Positions 1 to 11,378 of a stretch of 64,000 nucleotides of DNA are shown in pieces. Origin of the DNA: Adineta vaga (lineage: Eukaryota; Animalia; Rotifera); contig CP075493.1 in the NCBI GenBank assembly GCA_021613535.1, positions 10,168,001-10,232,000 on the forward strand, written 5' to 3'. How positions within the stretch are numbered: position 1 is the first letter of the stretch; every line of letters starts with the position of its first letter. The notes under the pieces were generated by a model, which saw only the letters and a list, made by a program, of their open reading frames with translations, did not search any database and had not been told where the DNA came from. The position numbers were made by a program, and so were the translations under genes.

Positions 1-620
1 CAGTATCTTAATTTAAATTAACTATCATTAACAATGAGCAAAGAGACAAACAAAACTATGTTTTTGTTTTCGTTTTTGTTTTTACAAAGCTCGCATTCTT
101 CTCCACATGTAATTGATCATCGCTGTAGTTTGTCTCTGTACATAAGTTTTTTTTCTTCTCTGTATGTTTATGTGAGTATCTTGTTCAACTTGTATACATC
201 GTCTGTATCCTTCTTCTAGTTGATTCCTATTCTAAAATTCAACACTGATATGTATTGCGAAAATCAGACAAAAAAACTCGAAAACTTTCTTTTTCATTTA
301 TGTGTGTATGTGTGTGCTATGTCGTCCCTTTTCTCTCTCAACTTACAGATATATGTATAAGACCGAAATGAGAGAAAATATCTTCATCTGTCTCTTTTTT
401 TTTGTGTATGTTTCTGTTGTAACAAAGTTTTTTCTTTTCATATTCCTTTCAAATGCAACAGACAAAAAGCAGAAAACAAAATTTTTTTTTGGTTCGTTTT
501 TTCTAGATTTTTTGTTAATAAAATGTCAACAAGAACAAAACTATTGTTCAATATTTCATATAAAATAACCATTAAAACCTTGTTATGCATATGAATATAC
601 AGAAAAGAAATTTCATTGAA

Positions 621-753
621 TTGCGCAAGTACATTCTTTCCAACACGTGGTGAAAGAACGTTGATTTATGATTTATACGAGGTTTTGCGTGTCTGTTCTT
701 TCTATTTTGACGCATACTGTCGTCTAATATATGAGTCATCACCCAACACGTCA
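621..753 (+). promoter_or_regulatory. Cluster of bZIP/bHLH-type sites upstream of PARP4
   Basis: TTGCGCAA (C/EBP palindrome, 621-628), CACGTG (644-649), TGACGCA (708-714), TGAGTCA (AP-1, 732-738) and ACGTCA (CRE half-site, 748-753), all 100-230 bp upstream of the ATG in very AT-rich DNA. Confidence 0.35.
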
Positions 754-853
754 GTCTCCGTATTTTTTCTCAACTATTTAAATAGCACAAAAACAAAACG
801 ACCAATTCATTCTTCATAAAATTTCACATTAAAAAGTAACTTTACAAATTTTC

Positions 854-3800
854 ATGTCTCCATTAAGTGGCAAGACATTTGTACTTGAGCTTGGTCGAGA
901 AATTCGTTTTAAAGCTAAACAAGAACTAATTAACTATTTACGTGAACAAAATGCGCAGATTTCATATATATTAACTGCTAGCGTAGGTTTTTCTCTCTCG
1001 ACATATCTGAATCATTATCGATTGAAACTTATTTTTACTCTAGACGGATTATGTTTTGGTTTCGAATGATATTGATACATATAAAACTCGTCGAGCAAAA
1101 CAACTCGGCATACCATTGGTTAATGTTGATTATATTCATGAATGTCGTAAATCAGAAGTTGGAAAAGAACCATCTGATATTAAACGATTTATTGTGACAT
1201 CAGCAGAAGATAAAGAAAACTTCTCAAAAACTGGTACTATACCAGTTTCAGGTTAATATACGAAGGTTTCTTTAGAAAACTTATATTAATACTTCTTCTT
1301 CTTTTGCATAGGAGGAGGAAGTTCGTCAGGTAGTGTAATAAAACCTGTTAAATATGATGTATCAAAAATCAAAATATGGAATTCTGATGATGTGGAATTA
1401 CCATGTTTCGATGAAATTACACATGCTGAAATTGGCAAATGGGCAATCTTCAAAGTAAAAATCTTGAGATAATCAATTGACTCTATTCATTTTCTTGCCG
1501 TTTTCAATAGGAAACAAACGATCATTCAGATATTCATTTTGCGCTTGAATTACAAATCATTTCCGAAGAATATTATCATCAACAAACAAATAATGATTAT
1601 CAATTTCGATTTCGTTATGAAAAACAAACAATTATCAGTTCGAAAGGTAAAACTTCATTAATTCAATATGCCTTCAGTCATGATATTAATGAATTACATC
1701 AATTATTTGCATCGTACTATTATCGTATTGCAACAATGCCAAGAATAACTCGAATTCGAGAATTATTACCCGATAAATTAGGTTCCAAATTATTATTACG
1801 TGTAAGTTACTTTTCTTTCTTTTGCCATAGAAAAATATATTCTTCAATTTTAGTCATTATTTCTTCATCGAATTGATACACAAATGCTCGATGATAATGT
1901 TTGTCAATTGATTGAATCACTTTGGATTGAATCGATTGGAGATTTAAATAAGATTCTTTCTGTTCAACCTGAATCGATTGCATTGAAAACAGTATGACAA
2001 TAGAAAAACAAATGTATTTGAATGTTTATTGTTTTTTTTTCTCAAATATTCTTTTAGATTATCGAGGCTGAAGCTGCTTTACTTGAAATCAAATCTGGTG
2101 GTGAATCAGCATCGGAAGCAGAAACTCGTTTCTATTCACTGATTCCTCATCAATATTCATATCTTATCGATCTTATAACAAATCGACGTGCCTTAATAGA
2201 TAAAATTGATTTATGTCAGGTATATCTTCTTTGCTTGTTGATCATTTCATTGGCTAAATTTTCAAAATTTAGATGTTACGTGATATGCTTACGATCAATG
2301 AATTAACGAATTGGAATATTAAAGCATCAATTGAAGCAAAATATCGAGCATTAAAATGTCATATTGAAAGTATCGATAGAGATAGCCATGAATACTCGAC
2401 CATTAATAATATGATTCATTCATCAACAGATTCGTACGTATTTTTGAATGATTAGAACTCTTTTGAAAAGTATTTGAGATTCTTATAGGAATGAAAAAGT
2501 CATTGTTCATCACATCTATAGTGTTGCAAAACAAATAGATGCATTGAATTTTCGCTCAACACTTTTTAATCAGAAACAACTTTTTCATGGATCGAAATAT
2601 AATAATTTTCTTGGTATTCTCTCACGGTAAATCAATTTAATAAAAGTTCTTTCCAAACATTCATATTTTTTTTCTTGTTATTTAGTGGTTTAATGCTACC
2701 AAAACTAGTTGTAGATGATCTAGGAGTGGCACGTACTGATTTTGGATGTTTGGGATATGGAATTTACTTTTCGGATTCTGTTTCAACATCTTTAAAATAT
2801 ACAACATCAAGTACAACTTGCCCTGGTCGACGCCTATTATGTATATCTCAAGTAGCATTAGGAGAATCAGCAAAATATTATTCATATGCAACGAATTTAA
2901 CTCAACCACCAGAAAATTGCCATAGTACACATGGAGTAAAGAAGACCAATGAAAATAATTCGAAATTTTTCGTAAGAAATTTCCTAGTTTTTATTTCGAT
3001 AAATTGAAATTATTTAGGATGATGAATATGTAATCTATAATCTTGATCAACAACGTTTACTCTACATTGTTGAAGTTTCATGGCAACCACATGATGTTAT
3101 TGATCAACCATTGAAACTATTACCAATTATTCGTGATCATTCAACAAAACAGTTAACGAGTTCGAAAAACGAAAGTAATTGCAAAATTTTACAATTCACT
3201 CTTCATTAATATAAATCTTTAACTGCATTTTTAGTGGATATACCATCATCTATCGAAGATGAAGTAATTCAAGTAGCAGAACAGGATTATGGTTTAGTTT
3301 GTCCATCATCAGGTCAATTAGTGCCATTGAAAGCATTTCATATTCGCGCTCAACTTGTTGATGTAACTGGTGAAGTATGTTTAATTACATTGCTCCTTCT
3401 TTCAATCAATATTATCTATAAATATTTGTTAGGTAGTACTTTATCAAGTATATCATAATACAAGTTCAGTTCCAATCGAAGCTAAATATGTGTTTCCATT
3501 GGAAGAAAATTGTTCTGTGTGTGGTTTCGAAGCTCATATAAACAATAAAGTTATTAAGGGTGTTGTAAAAGAAAAAGAACAAGCGAAACGTGAATATCGT
3601 GAAGCAATCGAAAAAGGTCATGGTGCATATTTAATGCATCAAGAACAACCTGAAGTTTTCAGTGTATCTGTCGGTAATTTACCAGCAAATTGTGAAGTGA
3701 TTATCAAGATTACTTATGTTGCAGAATTATCAATTGAAAATAATGATATTATCTTTCGTTTTCCAGCAAAAGTAGCTTCATGGCAATCGAAACAAGCTTT

Positions 3801-6800
3801 AGAAGCAAAAGATCAAACAATTCTTCCATCGATTAATCTTGAACAAGATAATTCGTCAATGAAATCCGTTGAATTTAGTTTGAAAACATCTATTCGTATG
3901 CCATACGAAATTAGTAAATTATTCTCTCCGACGCATCGTCTTCGACGGAAAGTAACCGATTGTTTAGCCATGATTGAACTCGTTGATAATGTTCTATTAG
4001 AAAAAGATTTTATTCTTTCTATAACATTAAAAAGTATAAATTTACCACGAATGTTAAATGAAACATATGTTGTCTCGGATGAAAACAATAATATCGAATT
4101 AAATGATGAACAATCTCAAGCATGTATGTTAACATTTTATCCGAAATTTGAAATGACAAATAATATCAATGAATTTGTGGAAGTCGTTTTTATTATTGAT
4201 GTATCAAATTCAATGGATGGTAATCATGTTCAACAAGCAAAACAATTAGCACATTTATTTTTAACAAATATGAACAATAATGATGGAAATATTTATTTTA
4301 ATATTGTTACCTTTGGATCAGGTAAGATCGGATGAAGTGAGTTTGATTAATTTTCTTTTCGTTCTTTTAGATAATGATGAATGTTTTCCTATCTCATCAC
4401 CAAATACAAAAGAAAATATTGATAAAGCAAAGCATTTCATTTTGGTTTGTATTATCCTATCAGTTCTTTTGTTCTTGAAGAAAATCTTCTCTTTTGTAAA
4501 TTATAGCATTCACTTGATCATCGTGGTAATACTGATCTTTTCTCTGTTCTTCGTCAATATTCTCTCCTTCCATCTCCATGTAAACTTGGTCGACAATTTA
4601 TTCTTCTTTCTGATGGACATATCAATGATTTGAATTCAATTATAACTTTACTAGAAAATCAACCATCTATGGCACATGATCGATTCTTTACATGTTCAAT
4701 TAGTGATACATCAAATAAACATCAATTAAAACAATTAACTAATGGAGCACATGGTGGCGGTTTAGCAACTGTATTTGATTCAAACTATCGTTCAAAATGG
4801 AAATCGAAAGTTCTTCTCATTCTTGAACATATTCGTCAACCATGTGTAACAAATATATCAATTGATTGGCATGGAAATCTTGATAATCAACAAGTTAAAT
4901 TTACCAATCAAGCACCAAAAATGATTCGATCCTTATTTAATGGTATGCGTTTAACTGTCTATCGATTTATTCAAAATTGTCATAAAGCAACATTGACAGC
5001 AATGATTAATGATCAAGAATTTGTTACAACTGTATTCAGTAATAAAATGACAGAAACACGAGGAACAATTTTACATTGTTTAACGGCACGTGCAATTATT
5101 CATGATTATGAAAATGGTATATTGCATGTAGATGAAAGTGAAAATGAACTGATGAAAAAACAATATAAACAAGATTTAATTGACTTGAGTATAAAATATT
5201 CTGTTGTAAGTTCATTTACAAGCTTTGTGGCTATTGAAGAACGTGATGGACAAGCACTTGAGCCAGGTAGAGTTTTAATTTCAGATTAAAATAAGATTGA
5301 AAAACTTTTCTTTCTTTTTCTTTTCTTTTCTTTTCTTTTCTTTATTAGGTGTTCGCTTACTGGATGTGATGCTTGAACATGATATTGATTTATTGCCATA
5401 TATTGGTTGGGATGGTGATCGATCACAGATTCAAATAATTAAAGAAAAATTACTGGATGCAAAACATTTATTTGATAGTGCATCGATATCAAATAAGATT
5501 CAACTAACAACTGAATATGAAAAACTTTGTCAAAATATATCTTATCGTTCTGGTGGCGATGCAAAATATGATTTAATGTTGGCAATTATTGAAACGTACA
5601 GAACGATGCTAAAAGAAAATAATAAAGCATTAGAATTAGAAGAAAAAATGCAGCTTGGTAAAATTGAATTGTTTTTTATTATGTATTTAGTCGAATTGAT
5701 TTTGTATTCATAGAACTATTGACTGAAATAACAAATGCAACGGCTGATGAAAGAAAGATATTGGAAAAACGTTTGGAAGAAGTTAACGCACGTATTAATA
5801 CAGCTGAATCGTTAGTTAAATTTGTAATAGGAGACAAATTTTAGAAATTTTGATTCTTGTTTTAGGGAAAGCCAAGACGAAGGTGCAAGTAGCGAGGACA
5901 TCGATAGTTCTCAAGATTCCTGCGACGAAGAAGTAAACTGTAGTAATATTCTTCTTCGGACTGTAAGTTATTTATCAAAGTATTGAAAAAACTTTCTGAA
6001 ACTAAATAACTGTCATTTCTTTCTATGAAAAGTGTTCAATGGGTGGTGACGATTCATGTATGGATAGTGCATTTGCAAATATTATTCTAAATACTTTGTG
6101 TTGTTGTATATTTTATAGATTCAATGGTGGATTGCGATATAGACTATCCTCTTGATTTTGAAGTTTCCTCTACAGCTTCTAAGCCAGCTATGAATCCATA
6201 TAAATCAAAAGGCACAGCCATTGCTTTAAGTTCGTCTCATGATGAATCTGAAGGATCTGATGATATGGGTTTTGGCTTATTTGATGACGGCGTACCTGCA
6301 TCATATTCACCAGTTGTATCGAACAAATTGCGCTCATCAATGATAGACGATAAGAAAGATACAGAAAAAATTGCGGCGGCTGCAAAGATACCTCAAATGC
6401 TCGAAACTATGAGAGAATACGAAGATGATGAAGACGAAGCGGACGATTTTGGTTTTGATTTGTTTGGCGATTATTCTTCGTCATCACCAGCTGCTACAGT
6501 GAATCTTATAGAAAAAGAGGAACATAGTAAACGAAGCACGAGTTTAGCGAAAAGACAATCACCACCAAACGTACAAGTAACTCCCATCAGAGATTTACTT
6601 GAAGAAACTAAAGATCTTCTTAAATCTAATTTAAATAAGATTTTAGATAGAAGTAAGTATACTTTGAAACACATTTTTCTTTATTTATATTTGTAAATTT
6701 ATTATTATATTCAATAATAGGTGACATGCTTTCTTCTCTGTCCATAAACGATGAACGAGCCAGTCCAAAGAAACGCAAGGAAGTATCAAAAAAGGAATCT

Positions 6801-9505
6801 AAACCAGTACCTTCTGATTCAGCTGTTTTTTCAAACTTGTCACATACATCCCATACGTCTCAAATACCAACAACACAAAGCTTCAGTTTTTCTAATCTAC
6901 ATTCACAACCACAACAGCAGCAGCAGCAACATCTGAAACAGCAAGAATCTTCGATAGATGGTGATAAGTGCCTCATAACGCCGGCATTGTTTGATTTTAC
7001 AGGCAGCAGTCTTTCGGCGAACAGTGCAGATTTCATATCTGCAACGGCATCCGCACCCTCATTTTCATTTTCGAACACTGCGTTCAACAACTATTATCAG
7101 AGTGATGTATTGCCAGACTTTGGTATTTCAACTCTGCCTCACCCTAGCATGCCATCCTTTACGTTTGGTGCGCCTCAATTTAACAACAATACGTGCAGTG
7201 ATCCATTCTCTACATCGGCTGGCACTCTTTCGGCAAGTACAAATATGGGCTTTAATACTGGACCACCACCACCACCTCCTCCTATGGCTGCTGGATTTTT
7301 TGGTAGCACACCACCTAGTTCCAATTCTTTGTTTCAACCAACCACTGCTAGTGGCATGTCATACAATCCTCTGTTGCCAGATGCGATGCTTCAACAAGTA
7401 CTGCTACCAGCACAACCTCCTCCTCCTATGGCTGCTGGTTTCTTTGGCAGTACTATGTCGCCAGGTGCGGTTTTTCAACAACTACCACTACCACCACCAC
7501 CACCACCTCCTCCTCCTATGGCTGCTGGTTTCTTTGGCAGCACTACATCTAGTTCCAATTCTTTTTATCAACCAACTATTGCTACTGGCATGTCATATAG
7601 TCATATGCCACCAGGTGCTATGCCTCAACAAGTACTACTACCACCACCACCACCACCACCTCTTCCTGCTCCTCCACGACTTCAATCAATAAAAACAATA
7701 GCAAATGAATCGGGTTTCAAAATGTCATTAGCTGATGACGAGGAATCATCTCCGATGTATTCTGCGTTACAGCATAAACAACGCTCGAGCATGGTGTCAC
7801 GAGATAGAGGTCGTGGAGTAGTTTTCGGAGGAAGATGCGCAACTGATGGAGCTGAAGTATTAAGTGGGAAAAAATCAGAGATCATTAAAGAAATATCTGT
7901 AAATGATTGTGCTCGATATTGTGACGTATGTGTAGACAAAATAACATTTAAATCTTATACAAAATACTTTTCTTATTGTAGACACGTTCCGACGAAGCCT
8001 CTAATGCACCAGTAAAATCTGCAACATCAGACTATACAGAAGACTACAATATATTTAGTAAAAAGAAATCGAGTTCCAAACGGTACGAATTTTAGAAAGA
8101 CAAAATACCATTCATGTTCACTAAAATGGAGCTATTAAATTTATTTTAGTGCACCCGAGAAGAAACCAGTGACCAAATATGTTGACGATTGTCTGTACGA
8201 TCTTTTACTACTTGATGTTACACCACTTGGTTTAGGTATTGAAGATGTGAATGGTGAAATGTGTACAATTATTGAACGCAATCGTACAATTCCAACGAAA
8301 TCAAACGTTTATTCTATATTTACCAATGCTTATGCTTATCAGACAACAGCTACTATACGTATTTTTCATGGTCAACATAAATTAACAAAATATAATGTTA
8401 GTAAAATACTTACACAATTGAAATCGAATTGAAATAATTTTATTTTGTTTTAGATATTTCTTGGTGAACTTATTCTTAAAGATTTAACACCAAATTTTGC
8501 TTCACAAACATTACAAATATCAATTGTTATGGATGTTGCTAATAGTTTCCTACAAGTCAATGCGGAAGAACCACGATCAGGAGCTAAAGCTATGATTAAA
8601 ATTAGTGCATCAGATTGTAAGAATCCATTAACCAATATGTATTCAAAATAAATCGTATGTATTTAAATTTATTATAGATTCACTTAGTGCAACCGAAATT
8701 GAACGACATATTACATATGTCGAAAGTGATCCTAACTATAGAGCTGTAGATTTTAACGATGCACAAAAAAATAATCGTCAATACAAGGTCGGTACCAGCT
8801 TTCAGAAAACAAATTCATTCTAAATCTCGATTATTTTAGTTGAAAGGTGATACAGAAAGTACGGCCATTCGTTTTACAGGTAATATAGAAAGTTCGAACG
8901 ATGTTTTCAATTTTGATCGACCAAAAACTATTCAATTAATTTCAACAACTCTAAATGAAATTAAAAAAATACAATTACCAAATGGATCGTTCGATATCAA
9001 TGAAGATTTTACTAAATTATTTTCAATTCCGATGAAAAATTTTGATGAACTTAAAAAATACTTATGTTCACAAGGTTTTAATTCATTTGGTAAGAATGAA
9101 TAAAAAATGATAAAATAATCTAGAAGAAGAATCTTTTCTTTTAGCATTAAATGTACAACAAGATATTATACATCTCATTGCAACAGGTATTGTTCTTCTA
9201 CAATTGTTATTACAAGTACCCGTATCGGATAGAAAAGGATATTTAGTTCCATTCGATAGTGAACAATTAAAAGTAAGAAACGAAATTCTGTTGTTTGTTT
9301 TTTCTTTCGATTGATTGATTTGATTTCTTTTCAGACGATTTTTCATTGTCATTTACCGAAAGTTTTGATAGAAAATGTTAATAAAGCAATTGATTTTTAT
9401 GAACAAAAACGTTTACGCTGTGGAATATATTGTGAACAATTAGAATTGAAATATTCATCATGGGAAAAATTGATTCAATACGGAATTTTTCAAATCGAAA
9501 ATTGA
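854..9505 (+). CDS. PARP4: PARP4 / vault poly(ADP-ribose) polymerase-like protein, ~26 introns, roughly 2,400 aa (estimate): BRCT - WGR-like - PARP regulatory - PARP catalytic - VIT - vWA - insert region - Hsp70 SBD - C-terminal MVP-interaction-like domain
   Basis: Manual splicing gives an N-terminal BRCT (TDYVLVS..KTRRAKQLGIPLVNVDYIHEC). Catalytic motifs LFHGS (His 2586), GIYF..SLKY and DDEYVIY (Glu 3024) form an intact H-Y-E triad. VIT: IEAKYVFPLEENCSVCGFEA..VGNLP. vWA MIDAS: IIDVSNSM. Then SFTSFVAIEER and DIDLLPYIGW. The C-terminus QLPNGSF..LIATGIVL..YCEQLELKYSSW matches the PARP4 C-terminal domain. Stop TGA at 9503-9505. Confidence 0.92.
7263..7660 (+). repeat. Internal coding tandem repeat in PARP4 (3 units beginning P(n)MAAGFFGS; units 1 and 3 full, unit 2 truncated)
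   Basis: cctcctcctatggctgctgg(a/t)tt(t/c)tttgg recurs near 7275, 7419 and 7509. Units 1 and 3 continue similarly through ctagttccaattcttt..caaccaac..ggcatgtcata..caacaagtact. Confidence 0.9.
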
Positions 9506-10161
9506 ATGAACTTATTTACTTATCTCTCTTAACCACGAAATAAACAAAATGAAAACATTTCTTTTTCTCTTGCTTGTATCACTTTAAACGAATAAATATT
9601 TTTATGCTAACAAAAATGTAACGATATGTATTTATCGAACATATGCATTGTTATCAAGGGTTTGAAAATAAGTTTTGGTATACGAACGAATAGAAATACG
9701 GAATCTAATACTAAGAATCAGATACTTTTCATTTCGAATTATTTCTTTTAACATAAAAGTTTACATCTGGATATCTATATTTCACTCTCTTTTGATGAAT
9801 ACAAATATCTGGACAAATACCAGCTAAGAAACCCACAATAATATTCAACTTAGTTTATGATAGCACGATATAATGTCCGCAAATATTTCCAGGCTCATCC
9901 AACCATATATCGACATCACAACATGTTTTCATTCGTTCTCTCTCGAATATCGATTAAATATCAAAGAACGACTGGTATTCTCTTTCTATATTTTTCTATT
10001 ATTCGTATAATATCTCGGCATATAAAAAGGAGGCGTGACTAGCGGCTTTCTTTCACTTATTACCTCATTTTTACAAGTATCCGTTTTCGTCGATTCAGTA
10101 AGTTAACATCATAGTTAAAGAAATAGTTTCTTCTATCGATATTGAACTTCTTAGATTTATA

Positions 10162-10704
10162 ATGCAAGCTACCGCCGGTATCCAAAAACTTAAAGGTACT
10201 TGGGAATACGTTGATGGTGAACATTTCGATGATTACATGAAAGAAATCGGTGTCGGTTTCGCTCTTCGTCAATCAGCTAAATTAATTAAACCAAAATTGA
10301 TCATTCAAGAAAATGGAGGTAAATGGTCACTCAAAAGTGAATCAACCCTTAAGACAGCTTCATATGAATTTACACCTGGCACTGAATTCGATGAAACTCG
10401 TCTCGATGGTGAAAACTGTAAAGTTAGTTCAACTAAAATCTTGGAAAAACTTATCTTTTTCATCTGTCTGTTTATTTAGTCCATAATCAAATTTGAAAAT
10501 GATAAATGGGTACACACAATGCGCGATAAAAATGGTAAAGAATCGACAGTTACACGATGGGTTGATGATCTAGGTCAACATCAAGTTGTAAGAGAAAAAA
10601 AACGATTTTTTTTCCTTCTGAAAGTTGAACTTTATTTTTTCCTCTTATAGGACATGAAAGCTGGCAGTGTTACAGCTCGCCGTTGGTACAAACGTGTTGA
10701 TTAA
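10162..10704 (+). CDS. Fatty acid-binding protein (intracellular lipid-binding family), 3 coding exons
   Basis: GTWEYVDGEHFDDYMKEIGVG..KP..EFTPGTEFDETRLDG..VTRWV..ARRWYKRVD. Introns 10423-10479 and 10588-10650. TATA box at 10021 and a probable 5'UTR intron 10098-10154. Confidence 0.93.
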
Positions 10705-11378
10705 ATCTGTTTTTAATCAACATCATCAACATCATTATCACACGCGTTGCAGAACAACTAGAAGATATCTTTCTATCTTTTATCATTATTGATTTGCTTT
10801 TGGTTTTTTGATCATATTCGTTTTTTATACAACCGTAAAAAAAGAAAGTAGCAACAGATGTTTTCCTTCTTTTCTGTTGTGATCTTTTCTTTTCTTTTGT
10901 ATGCGTGTGTGTGTAGTTGGTTTTTGAAAAAAAAACTATAATAAACACAAAAAAAGCTATAAAATGAAATATTTGTTAACTGCTTCGAATGTTATTTGAA
11001 ACATGGAGAATGAAAAACATGATACTATTTGCGTTATTCACTATGGAAAGGGTACGTATCTTTCTATAAATAAGTTACCAAATACAAACAGGCATTTCAA
11101 CTAATCGCGAAATTAAATCACATCCAACGTCTGCATATATCAACATATTTTTCCTATCATATTCCATGCTAAAAAAAACTTTTTTTATTATTAAATTTCA
11201 TCAAATAATTATATATCATAAATAAGTGTACATGTTCACTTCACTCATCGATTTTGAAACTAATTCGAAAGAATTCTCCTATTACCATGTTTTTTTTTCT
11301 TATACTGTTGAAATCGATACGTCAATACAAAAACACGATGAAACTTTCTGCTCTCTCTCACTATTTTTTTTATGTCAA

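Noticed and set aside
6991-7692. 233-aa alternative-frame ORF with poly-His inside the PARP4 exon
   Set aside because: A shadow of the CCA/CCT proline repeats; the Pro frame is the one in phase with flanking exons.
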